This document shows positions 55,807 to 64,000 of a DNA stretch of 64,000 nucleotides, one piece after another. The translations under genes and the position numbers were made by a program. The notes under the pieces are model-generated. The model had not been told where the DNA came from. It was given only the letters and a program-made list of their open reading frames with translations, and made no database searches. This DNA comes from a virus (lineage: Duplodnaviria; Caudoviricetes). The stretch covers positions 1-64,000 of the IMG/VR virus record IMGVR_UViG_2663762783_000006. One strand, 5' to 3'. How positions within the stretch are numbered: the first letter of the stretch is position 1; the number at the start of each line of letters is the position of its first letter.

Positions 55807-56763
55807 TTATACGGCTACTGGCGCTTTGATGGCGGGGTGAGGGTCATAGCCGGTCAAAGTGAAGTCGTCGAACGTATAGTCGAACAGGCTTTTAACGCTC
55901 GGGTTTAGCGTCATCTTGGGCAGCGGCTTGGGCTCTCGCTTAAGCTGCGTTTCGACCTGCTGGATATGGTTGGCATACAGATGAACGTCACCACCCGTCC
56001 AGATGAACTCACCTGGCGCGTGCCCCGTCTGAGCGGCCACCATCATCGTCAGGAGCGCGTAGGAGGCGATATTGAACGGAACCCCAAGGAAGGTATCGGC
56101 AGAGCGCTGATAGAGCTGGCAGGACAGCACACGACGCGGTACGCCATGCTCATCCAGGTAGGCAGCAACAGGGCCGTCAGGCGTTACCCAATCGGTCGCG
56201 ATCCATCCGCGCTCATGACAGGCGTCAGTAGAGAAGTCGATACCAGGATAAAGACTCTTGTCGTCCGATACCTTAAGGCGCTGGCCTACGCTCATCTCAC
56301 GGCTGTAAAACTGGAACAGGGCATGACATGGCGGCAGGGCCATCTCATCCACCAGGGCAGGGTTCCAGGCCGATACGATCAAGCGGCGCGAATCAGGGTT
56401 GGCCTTTATCTGCTCGATGACGTTGGTAATCTGATCGATACTGCGCCCATCTGGCGCTGGCCAGCTGCGCCACTGGTAGCCGTAGACCGGCCCAAGGTTG
56501 CCGTTCTCGTCGGCCCACTCATCCCATATCGAAACGCCGTTCTCCTTGAGGTACGCGATATTGGTATCGCCACGCAGGAACCACAGCAGCTCATGAATGA
56601 TAGAGCGCACGTGACACGCCTTGGTTGTGACCAGGGGGAAGCCTTCCGCTAGGTCGAAACGCATCTGATAGCCGAACACGCTATAGGTGCCCGTTCCGGT
56701 GCGGTCGTCTTTGAACGCGCCCTTTTCGTAAATGTGGCTTAACAGGTCAAGGTACTGCTTCAT
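55807..56763 (-). CDS. thyA: Thymidylate synthase
   Basis: DRTGTGT, ELLWF, LPPCH, YQRSAD, PFNIASY, HLYANH. Confidence 0.95.
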   Translation of the reverse strand: MKQYLDLLSHIYEKGAFKDDRTGTGTYSVFGYQMRFDLAEGFPLVTTKACHVRSIIHELLWFLRGDTNIAYLKENGVSIWDEWADENGNLGPVYGYQWRSWPAPDGRSIDQITNVIEQIKANPDSRRLIVSAWNPALVDEMALPPCHALFQFYSREMSVGQRLKVSDDKSLYPGIDFSTDACHERGWIATDWVTPDGPVAAYLDEHGVPRRVLSCQLYQRSADTFLGVPFNIASYALLTMMVAAQTGHAPGEFIWTGGDVHLYANHIQQVETQLKREPKPLPKMTLNPSVKSLFDYTFDDFTLTGYDPHPAIKAPVAV

Positions 56764-56766
56764 GGT

Positions 56767-57183
56767 CTATTCCTTGGGCTCGATTAGCTTGCGTAGAGCT
56801 TCGATATCCTCGTAAAGCTCGTGCGCGACGTTTCGACCGTTCACATGGTCGCGATAGGTCTCCGTAAGGTTGCCTTCGATATGGCTATCAATGGCCTGGC
56901 GCAAACCATTCAGCTCCTTGGTTAGCCGCTCATAGCGCTGGTCTCGGATTAGGATGGACTCCTTCGCAGCGCTTAGCCTGCCTTCTGCTGTAATGGCACG
57001 AAGGCGCATATCGTCCAGCTCCTGCGCAAGGTCAGAACTCTTAGCAACCAGGTCACTTATGCGCTCAGCGCCTTGCGCTATTTGTTCGCACAGCGACTGA
57101 TTTTCTTCCTCCAGTCGCTTAACCTCGCCCGCTTGCAGCTCCTGCCCGTCGGCATAGCCTTCGTCGTATATCTTTTGATTCAT
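56767..57183 (-). CDS. Coiled-coil hypothetical protein
   Basis: ORF in operon. Confidence 0.6.
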   Translation of the reverse strand: MNQKIYDEGYADGQELQAGEVKRLEEENQSLCEQIAQGAERISDLVAKSSDLAQELDDMRLRAITAEGRLSAAKESILIRDQRYERLTKELNGLRQAIDSHIEGNLTETYRDHVNGRNVAHELYEDIEALRKLIEPKE

Positions 57184-57223
57184 AGTGCTATCTTAGTGCT
57201 CGCAAGTGGCTTGCTTAGTGGTA

Positions 57224-57907
57224 TCAGTCTGCTAGCTTTCTCATGCGCTTGGCAAAGTCGCCAGGGTAGCGATAGAACAAGCGGCGAGCGCCCTCGGTTT
57301 CTCGGTAGACGGCCAGCATCGTCATGCCTTCTTCGCGGGCCTCGCCTGCCGGTATCGCATCGCCTAGCAACTCATAGGAGCCACCTTTGCCGATACACTC
57401 AAAGCGCTTGAGGTTTGCACCAGACAGCTGGCGCAAGTCACTGGCTTGGATCATGACCGGACAGGCCAGGCTCTCAAGATGGTCCGTGCCGTCGCCTTGC
57501 CAGGCCCAAAACTCTTTATTGGCCTGAGCAATAGCCAGGTCGTATGCCTTGCGGTGTCGCGCCACCTCATTCTCTAGCGTCTCGACAGTGTCGCGGTGCT
57601 TGCGCTGGTGGAGCTTGGCGCGGGTATGGCTTTTTTCCAGGTTGATGATTAGGGCGTGCATAGAATCAACGGCAAACGGGTCTAGCCTCACCTGCGGAAG
57701 TAGCCGCTTAACGGCTGCGTTAAGCGCATCCGCTGCCACCATAAAGTCATTAACGGCTTCGCTTGCCGGATCGATGCGCGACGCCTGGCCATCAGCGAAG
57801 CCCTTGGCATAGATGGCATTAAGCATGTCGTGCAGGTCGCACGACTCTGCCAGGAAGGTGCGGCATTCTTCATCCGACAGCGTCGGAGCAGGACTCTTAT
57901 CAGTCAT
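57224..57907 (-). CDS. Composite phage protein with DUF1653-like C-terminus
   Basis: KGGSYELLG...AVYR...LFYR. Confidence 0.6.
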   Translation of the reverse strand: MTDKSPAPTLSDEECRTFLAESCDLHDMLNAIYAKGFADGQASRIDPASEAVNDFMVAADALNAAVKRLLPQVRLDPFAVDSMHALIINLEKSHTRAKLHQRKHRDTVETLENEVARHRKAYDLAIAQANKEFWAWQGDGTDHLESLACPVMIQASDLRQLSGANLKRFECIGKGGSYELLGDAIPAGEAREEGMTMLAVYRETEGARRLFYRYPGDFAKRMRKLAD

Positions 57908-57999
57908 GGCGGGAACCTTTGAGGAAGAATGACCGGCACCACTGCGGTGCCAGTCCGGTATCACTATGCTAGCACAATGCATGCAGCATGCTAGCTTTA

Positions 58000-58428
58000 T
58001 TAGTTATCGCCTGGCGACTTCAATGGAATAGCGGGTTGCTGGTGCTCCGCCTGCTCAGTGCTAGCACCTTGCTTGCTCAATGCTGCCTCTATCGCCTCGG
58101 GCAGCTTGTGCCCGTCATACGGCATAACGCCATGCTGCATCAGCACGCGCCAGGCTTGGCCTATGACCTGGCCATAGCGCTCGGCAGAGTGGTGCCAGTG
58201 ACTCACGGTGCAGCCCTGGTACGTCAGATTGCCTACGCTGGCCTCCTCGTCGGTTTCGCCCGCTGGCTGAGGTGTCAGGTCAAGCGGCAGCGTATTGGTA
58301 GCAAAGGCCGTTTGCAGCAGCTCCAGGGCTATGTTTGCATCCTCATTGGCGCGCAGGGAGACGCACGCGCCAACAATGGCCGATTCCAGGTGCTCGATAC
58401 GGGCCTTAAGGGCGCTTTCGTTGCTCAT
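58000..58428 (-). CDS. Hypothetical protein
   Basis: AAGGA RBS, overlap-coupled. Confidence 0.6.
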   Translation of the reverse strand: MSNESALKARIEHLESAIVGACVSLRANEDANIALELLQTAFATNTLPLDLTPQPAGETDEEASVGNLTYQGCTVSHWHHSAERYGQVIGQAWRVLMQHGVMPYDGHKLPEAIEAALSKQGASTEQAEHQQPAIPLKSPGDN

Positions 58429-58628
58429 TGGCCGCTATCCTTGTGCTGGCTTCCTGCTGGCGCAGTGGTAGCAGGCTGCTGGTGTATCAGCACGTTCTCT
58501 ACCAGTGCGTGCAGCTCGCGAACGGCAATCATCTCCTTAGCGCTTTTCGGCTTGAGATGCGCCAGCAGCTTGCGCACACGAATAGCCATGTCTTCCACGG
58601 TCATGGCACGACTTGTTGCTTCGGTCAT
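58425..58628 (-). CDS. Hypothetical protein
   Basis: MTEAT start with GGAG RBS. Confidence 0.5.
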   Translation of the reverse strand: MTEATSRAMTVEDMAIRVRKLLAHLKPKSAKEMIAVRELHALVENVLIHQQPATTAPAGSQHKDSGQ

Positions 58629-58648
58629 CAAATTTACTCCAGCGAAGG

Positions 58649-58948
58649 TTATTTGTTTGAACAGGTAGGGCAGGGGCCTATACCGCTGTATTGCGTCAGG
58701 ACAGAACGCAAGTCGTTGCATGTAGGGCAGACGTTGCCCGCTATGCCAAGCTGCTTTTGCAGCTGTACAACCAAGTCGCCCAGGTCATTCAGCAGAAAGA
58801 ACAGCTGAGCCCAGCCAGGCGCGGCACCAGGTTCGAGCAATCCCGCCTTGATAGCGGTATCGGTTACGGCCTGCGCCAGGTACTGGCATTTGTCGCCTTC
58901 GGCCTGAATGGCTGATTCGAGCAAGTGACTTGCGGTCATGGCGTTCAA
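58649..58948 (-). CDS. Hypothetical protein with C-terminal zinc ribbon
   Basis: CPTC...CPTC. Confidence 0.6.
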   Translation of the reverse strand: MNAMTASHLLESAIQAEGDKCQYLAQAVTDTAIKAGLLEPGAAPGWAQLFFLLNDLGDLVVQLQKQLGIAGNVCPTCNDLRSVLTQYSGIGPCPTCSNK

Positions 58949-58976
58949 GGGGTGACGTCCTTCCGGTCTCTGCCGG

Positions 58977-59642
58977 TTACTTGTTCAGCTGCTCAATCTG
59001 CGCCAGCGCCCAGGCGCGGGGCCACTGGACATAGCGGGCGCGGTCTAGTCTGCGCTTCCAATCGACATGCGCATGGTTAGCCCTATTCGGAATCGTTGCA
59101 TCAGCGCTCGTATAGCGCTCGGGTCGGGGAGCGTCACTCCCATCGATATAAGGCATTGGCTCAGGCTCGTCAGGCTCAGGCTTAAACCAGGGTTGCGGCT
59201 CAGCTGGCGCATGGGCCATGAAGTAGGCCAGCAGGCTCATACCCGCGTCTTTGTCGCTACCGTCAGTGGTCTGGTTAGGGAAGGCAGGGTGTGTCGGCCT
59301 ATTGGGATAGGCTTGGTCGTGCTGGCTTGCAGTCATGGCGGTAATCTCGGATGAAGGATTGAACAGGTCTAGCTGCTCCTCGTCGCGTCTTACACGCGGC
59401 GCGGGCTTAGGCTTTCGGGTTTTCCTGGCCTTGCGGCGGGCACGCTTGTCGGCAATGCCCTGGCGCTTGGCCTCGATCCGCTCGGGCGTTATCGGGTCGC
59501 CTGGCTTGTAACCACGCTCCACAACGATCAAGCGGCGAATGTAGCTATCGGATAGCTCCTCTCGGGACTTGGCCAGGGCGTTCGCGGTGTGGCTTTTCTT
59601 GGCTTCGCGGCGCGCCTCTGGCGTTCGCTTAACTCTCGGCAT
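58977..59642 (-). CDS. Composite hypothetical protein
   Basis: LSDSYIR N-terminal part; PAFP...GMSLLAYFMAHAP C-terminal part. Confidence 0.6.
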   Translation of the reverse strand: MPRVKRTPEARREAKKSHTANALAKSREELSDSYIRRLIVVERGYKPGDPITPERIEAKRQGIADKRARRKARKTRKPKPAPRVRRDEEQLDLFNPSSEITAMTASQHDQAYPNRPTHPAFPNQTTDGSDKDAGMSLLAYFMAHAPAEPQPWFKPEPDEPEPMPYIDGSDAPRPERYTSADATIPNRANHAHVDWKRRLDRARYVQWPRAWALAQIEQLNK

Positions 59643-60420
59643 CGGCGTCGCTCTCAAGCGCCAGCACGTCAGCGCCAGCAGATGCAACGCCAGGATTTAT
59701 AACGGCCCTCTCTCCGGCCAGCATGCCTGCATACTGCGAAAACGGATCAAGGTCAGGGGTTCTTGTGTCGCGAGCCTTCTTAATGACGCGGCCAGCCAGG
59801 TAGGCATCAATCAGCGCCTTATCGTTGGATTCAATGGCAATCAGGGCTTTTGAGTCGCTGGCGCTCACCTGCTCGGGCTCGCCATCCTCTCCCGTCGGCA
59901 CCAGGGCGCGAATTTTCTCCTCAACAGCGTACAGCCAGCCAATGGCAAAGTGATTGCCCTGCGTTTCGGGCGTCGGACGCTGACGACCGCGCATAGAACG
60001 GATATCGGCAACATAGCTGGCGCGGGCCTTCTTAAGCTGACGATACAGCGACTCATAGGCGTACTTGGCAATCTCGGGCGCAGGGTTGACGCCAATGAAT
60101 ACCGCAAGCTTTACCCTGCAACCTTTTGCGTCGCTCCAGGTGGAACGATCCAGCACGCGACAGCCAAACACGTCGCCTACCAGAGTAGACAGCGCCATAT
60201 CCCATAGCGGGCGGCGAGCCATCTCGATATCAGACTTGGTTTCGCCCACGTCCGAGACCTTTACGTCCATATCGGTTAGACGGAACTTGCGCATAAGGGC
60301 CTGAGCCTGGCGCATGGCGGCAGCGGCCTCGTGCTCGTTGGCGCTCTTGGATAGCGCCAGACAATGCTTGATCTTGCGCATGATCCGGTCGCGTTCTTTA
60401 GGGTCTAGTTCAGTCATCAC
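59629..60420 (-). CDS. DUF2786 domain protein
   Basis: KIKHCLALSKS.NEHEAAAA..QAQALM. Confidence 0.85.
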   Translation of the reverse strand: MMTELDPKERDRIMRKIKHCLALSKSANEHEAAAAMRQAQALMRKFRLTDMDVKVSDVGETKSDIEMARRPLWDMALSTLVGDVFGCRVLDRSTWSDAKGCRVKLAVFIGVNPAPEIAKYAYESLYRQLKKARASYVADIRSMRGRQRPTPETQGNHFAIGWLYAVEEKIRALVPTGEDGEPEQVSASDSKALIAIESNDKALIDAYLAGRVIKKARDTRTPDLDPFSQYAGMLAGERAVINPGVASAGADVLALESDADAES

Positions 60421-60794
60421 TAGGGCTCGATACCAGTTTCGAAGAATCCCAGCTGCCCACGCATGGGCGTAAAGGGCAGGGGTTTAGGGTTGGCCAGCTC
60501 AAAGCCGATATGGCCAGTCATGTACCAGGGGGAATCGTGGCGCTCGTGGCAGTTCACCAGGTCAACCATTCCCACAATGCCGCCGCGCTGTAATTGCTCC
60601 ATTGGCGGGGGCAGCGTCAAGTTTCGCTCAATGCAGTAGCGGCGCACGAAACCGTATTCCGCTTTTGTCATGCCCTTGGATGCGTGAATTAGGAAAGCCC
60701 CACGGTGCTTGGTGTACCAGGTGCGATTTTCTATGATCTTCCCGCCGTGGACGATTAGCCAGGCCCAGGGTTGCCGGATTGACAGCGCTCTCAT
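60420..60794 (-). CDS. ASCH domain protein
   Basis: ALSIRQPWAWLI..G.K..ENR.W. Confidence 0.9.
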   Translation of the reverse strand: MRALSIRQPWAWLIVHGGKIIENRTWYTKHRGAFLIHASKGMTKAEYGFVRRYCIERNLTLPPPMEQLQRGGIVGMVDLVNCHERHDSPWYMTGHIGFELANPKPLPFTPMRGQLGFFETGIEP

Positions 60795-61549
60795 TGGGCG
60801 GACTCGGCAGCGTCGCCAGGCCACCAGGCGGAAGCCATTGCCGACGTATACGCATCTATCAAGCTTTCAAGCGACGCTTGCTCTTTTTCAAACAGCTTTT
60901 TGTAGTGCTCGCCTGGCTTGAAGGGCGAAGGAATCACGCTCACGACTGGCGCTTTACCCGCCTCATCCATAGCGATACGGTTACGACACTGGCGCTCAGC
61001 CGCCTCTTTGCTTTCGCAGGGCGTGCTTATGCCTGTCTCGGCGTTATGAACGGCCCATAGCGCCTCGGTCGGCTCGTTGACCGTGGACGCCTGTAGCAGC
61101 TTTGTCTGCACCTGGTAGTGCGCCAGCAGCGCGTCGTAATGCTCGGTCTTCTCCTCGGCCATGATGCGGTAATGCTCGGCAGGCTCCCAAGGCGACGGGA
61201 TCACCTCAACGACAGGCTCAACATAGTGCTCAAGCTGCTCCGTGTCCCTAAAGTAGCTATTGCACGAGTCAATAATCGCCTGGCGTGCCTTCTCTGCATC
61301 CTCCTTGCTGGCGCAGGGATAGGTTTCGTTAGGTCCTACGCTATGAATAGCCCACAACTGGACAGCAGGCTCACGCAAGCGCAGGTCAAGGCCGCGCGCA
61401 TGCTCAGGTATAGCGCCGGTATCCTCCAGGGCCTTAAGGATCGTTTCGACGTCGCTACGCAGCAGGGTGACGACTTCTTGCGCAGGCTCAGGCGGCGCAA
61501 AGAAGGCTTCCATAGTCTGACTCATAGCGTTTTGTGGTTGGTCACTCAT
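60791..61549 (-). CDS. Hypothetical protein with internal duplication
   Basis: Two copies of LWA.H......PC.SKE.AE...V..VIPSP..P.EHY. Confidence 0.65.
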   Translation of the reverse strand: MSDQPQNAMSQTMEAFFAPPEPAQEVVTLLRSDVETILKALEDTGAIPEHARGLDLRLREPAVQLWAIHSVGPNETYPCASKEDAEKARQAIIDSCNSYFRDTEQLEHYVEPVVEVIPSPWEPAEHYRIMAEEKTEHYDALLAHYQVQTKLLQASTVNEPTEALWAVHNAETGISTPCESKEAAERQCRNRIAMDEAGKAPVVSVIPSPFKPGEHYKKLFEKEQASLESLIDAYTSAMASAWWPGDAAESAQ

Positions 61550-61559
61550 ACTGCATACC

Positions 61560-62282
61560 TCAGAAAGGATTGAAGTGAACAAAGACGGGCAGGTACACAT
61601 GCTGCGCGGTCTCGATGGAGTCGGCCTCGCCATCCCAGCACTGGCGCTCGCTATCCCAGCTACGCCGCTCGAAATCGAATTGACAGTCCATATCAGGCGA
61701 GCCGTCGGCATGGGCTGAGCAGCCGAATAGGTTGCCGTCAGCATCAAGGCCCGCATAGGTATCGCCAACGTGCAGCAGCTGGCCTGGCTTGGCTTCTAGC
61801 AAGTGGCGATAGGCCGCCAGCACGCCGTCAAACGTGGCCAGGTCATAAACAGGGTTCGGGTTGATAGGCTCCATAATGACCGGCTCAAGCACCAGGGCAG
61901 GCGGCAGGCATTGGGCAGGGGTTTCGATAGCGGCAGCAGCGGCCAGCACAGCATCGGCAGCAGCCTCAAGGTATTCGCGCTGGCGCTCAAACGGGGCGTA
62001 GTGGTCAGTGTTAAAGCCGACCATCTGGCGCGCGGCGTCGTCCAAGTGCTCTTTAACGGCGACTGACAGCGGGTCTTGAAAGTCAGCCAGCATACCGGCC
62101 AGGACTTCGGTCTTACGCACCAGGTTCTTAACCATCAGCAGCTGAACAAAGCTTGAAACAGCGCCTCCCACCAGAGTTACACCGTTACGGGCTTGGGCTT
62201 CGATCCGTTCAAGGTCTGGCTTCATCTTAAGAACGGGCGAGCAAGTGGCTTGCGCTAGTTGGGGGAGGTTGAGACTGCTCAT
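61560..62282 (-). CDS. Hypothetical protein
   Basis: AGGTGA RBS. Confidence 0.6.
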   Translation of the reverse strand: MSSLNLPQLAQATCSPVLKMKPDLERIEAQARNGVTLVGGAVSSFVQLLMVKNLVRKTEVLAGMLADFQDPLSVAVKEHLDDAARQMVGFNTDHYAPFERQREYLEAAADAVLAAAAAIETPAQCLPPALVLEPVIMEPINPNPVYDLATFDGVLAAYRHLLEAKPGQLLHVGDTYAGLDADGNLFGCSAHADGSPDMDCQFDFERRSWDSERQCWDGEADSIETAQHVYLPVFVHFNPF

Positions 62283-62382
62283 GCTTCACCTAATGCGAAG
62301 TTATTGCGCTATATTGCGCCGGAAAGTAACGCAATAATTTCACATTAGAGGGAGGCTTGTCTAGTATCTTTTGATAACAAAT

Positions 62383-63069
62383 TTAGGCCATTTTGCGGGG
62401 CGGGGCCTTCATCCGTTCTTCCCGCTGGTACAAGGCCAGCTCCCTGCGCAGCGCCTTGGATCGTTCGCGCTCCTGCTCAAGCGCTTCATGCAGGCTTTTG
62501 TTCATACGAAACAGCTCGCGGCGGTCCTGGTTGGCCTTCTCTACGTCGCCGACACGCGCCAGCAGAGTGATTAGCAGCCAGGTTTCCCGCTCCCGATTAC
62601 AGTCCTCCCAGCGCCAGGCAGCCTGCTGGTCACGCAACTCCTGATAGCCCAGCTTGCGGGCGGCCTTCATCGCGCCAGCCACAACGCGGCAGATGCCGCC
62701 AGGGGTTACGTCGATCAATCCCCACCCCTCGGGCAGCTCCTCGGGCTTAATCAGGCCAGCCGGTGCCATGAAATAGCGCCAGCTGCCCATTCCGCCTGCC
62801 TGGCGGTGCGGTTTCTTCTTATCGGCAAGAAAGTCAGAACGTGAAACCTTTGCTTCGATAACGGTTGAGGCGGTGCCGTCATGGGCCAGGGTGAACCCTA
62901 TGGCGTCGGGTATCTCGCCGCCCCATCCGCCAGCCACTTCACTGACAGCCACGGTACAGTTTGGGCCGCCTGCGCTATTTGCGCGTTTAAGCCACGTAAC
63001 GGCCAAACTGCATAGGCTGGCATGGGTTAGACCGTGATCGTTCAATCTGCGCGCTCGCTGGGCCTTCAT
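62383..63069 (-). CDS. PD-(D/E)xK nuclease-like protein (MmcB-like)
   Basis: EIPDAIGF...IEAKVSRSDFLAD..KPHR. Confidence 0.7.
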   Translation of the reverse strand: MKAQRARRLNDHGLTHASLCSLAVTWLKRANSAGGPNCTVAVSEVAGGWGGEIPDAIGFTLAHDGTASTVIEAKVSRSDFLADKKKPHRQAGGMGSWRYFMAPAGLIKPEELPEGWGLIDVTPGGICRVVAGAMKAARKLGYQELRDQQAAWRWEDCNRERETWLLITLLARVGDVEKANQDRRELFRMNKSLHEALEQERERSKALRRELALYQREERMKAPPRKMA

Positions 63070-63983
63070 TTGATGTCCCTGAGCATTGCTTTAAGCTCGT
63101 CACGGCGCTTTTCCACTTCCAAGCGGCCTTTAAGGGCATTCTCAGCGGCTTTTTCGTAGATAGCGTCCAGCTTATCGGGATCAAGCACAGCCACTACCTT
63201 GGCTTCTTCCGGCTCAGTCAGCTTGAGGATGCGGTACAGCAGGTCTCGGGCCTTGGTCTGGTCATGGGTCAGCACCTCGATGCCGTCCTTGGTCTGCTTC
63301 ACGCCTGCATACAGCAGCTGCGCAGCCGGTGACAGGTCGCGGGTGTCCTTGAGCACCAGGCGGTCGATGCCCTCGCCAAAGCATTCAGGGCAGCTTTCAA
63401 TCGGCGGCCTGCGTGGGTCATAGCCAATACCGCCTTTCGGGTCGAAGTCTGGCGGCTCTATCTCGTCACGAATGGCCTTCTTAACGGCCTCCTCGTAGTC
63501 GTCCTGGTGCCTTTTGAACTCGGCAGGCTTGAATTGGTACTCGTGATTCTCGCCATAGCAGTGGCGGCAGCACTCGCGGCGATGCTCGGTCAGTTCGTTA
63601 GGATCGGCAAAGGCCAGGCCAACAATGGATTGGAGCGCCCTGGTGCGTAGGTCCTCGGAGTCGTCGAACATGGCCTTGGTTCGAAGTGCCAGTAGGCGAA
63701 TGACGTTTACCGTTTTTAACAAACGGCCTCCCAAAACACAGGCTGAATTAGGCGTCACAGCCTCGAATCCAGCGGCCTGGTAGGCTTTTGTTTGGTTATA
63801 CGTCTGTAGGTACGCATCCACGAACTTAACGTGCCGTGGGTCCATGTCAGCGACGAGTATTTGCTCCTCGGTGAGCTTTACCGGCTCTATGGGCGTGGCC
63901 TGGGCTTGTGGCTTCTTGGTCGTGGTCTTACGTGGCTTGGGTTTAGCAGTGGCCTGGCCTGACTTCTTGGCTGCCATGTGCAT
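63066..63983 (-). CDS. Terminase small subunit (PacA role) with zinc-binding insert
   Basis: FVDAYL..N.TKAY..AG HTH; CRHC...CPEC; GVKQTKDGIEV. Confidence 0.85.
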   Translation of the reverse strand: MHMAAKKSGQATAKPKPRKTTTKKPQAQATPIEPVKLTEEQILVADMDPRHVKFVDAYLQTYNQTKAYQAAGFEAVTPNSACVLGGRLLKTVNVIRLLALRTKAMFDDSEDLRTRALQSIVGLAFADPNELTEHRRECCRHCYGENHEYQFKPAEFKRHQDDYEEAVKKAIRDEIEPPDFDPKGGIGYDPRRPPIESCPECFGEGIDRLVLKDTRDLSPAAQLLYAGVKQTKDGIEVLTHDQTKARDLLYRILKLTEPEEAKVVAVLDPDKLDAIYEKAAENALKGRLEVEKRRDELKAMLRDIK

Positions 63984-64000
63984 CGATCCTATGAACAGAA

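Noticed and set aside
55807-56763. Base-hypermodification enzyme (dCMP hydroxymethylase)
   Set aside because: The canonical PFNIASY Asn is retained, and no adjacent modification cluster was seen.
62321-62326. Plus-strand GGAAAG as another late promoter
   Set aside because: There is no -10-like hexamer at 28-29 nt and no downstream plus-strand gene.
1-64000. CRISPR array, tRNA or rRNA genes
   Set aside because: No regularly spaced repeat-spacer pattern or recognisable structural RNA gene was seen by eye; the recurring palindromes are kilobases apart.

Overview
This window is 64 kb of a P1-like (Punavirus-related) myophage or phage-plasmid, GC-rich and plausibly from a Pseudomonas-type host (inference). 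Almost every gene is on the minus strand. Positions ~1-46.5 kb hold a nearly complete P1-type virion module: tube, sheath, capsid gp23, portal, protease, Sit, baseplate, two tail-fibre/chaperone pairs, an SGNH esterase and an intein-containing PacB. Within it lies an expanded head-cargo locus (Hdf, a multi-domain DarA, DdrB/Hxr, an MPTase-LPD1 protein and an ART+N6-MTase protein). Positions ~42-64 kb are mostly small accessory genes plus a ParB-like gene, ParA with a ParG-like partner, thyA and a PacA separated from PacB. Mobile elements are a TnpB/IS right end, a GIY-YIG homing endonuclease and a mini-intein. Signals not explained by the gene list are: (i) a strictly spaced late-promoter-like motif GGAAAG-N28/29-nAnnnT at about 14 sites; (ii) a 13-bp palindrome GCAAGT(G/C)ACTTGC dispersed 12 times; (iii) a duplicated promoter+leader+N-terminal-peptide cassette on three cargo enzymes, a putative capsid-loading tag; (iv) recurrent (L/F)-D-(S/A/G) motifs in head proteins; (v) TGCTAGCA arrays around parA. 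Family calls come from motif recognition and memory of P1 proteins, not from database searches.
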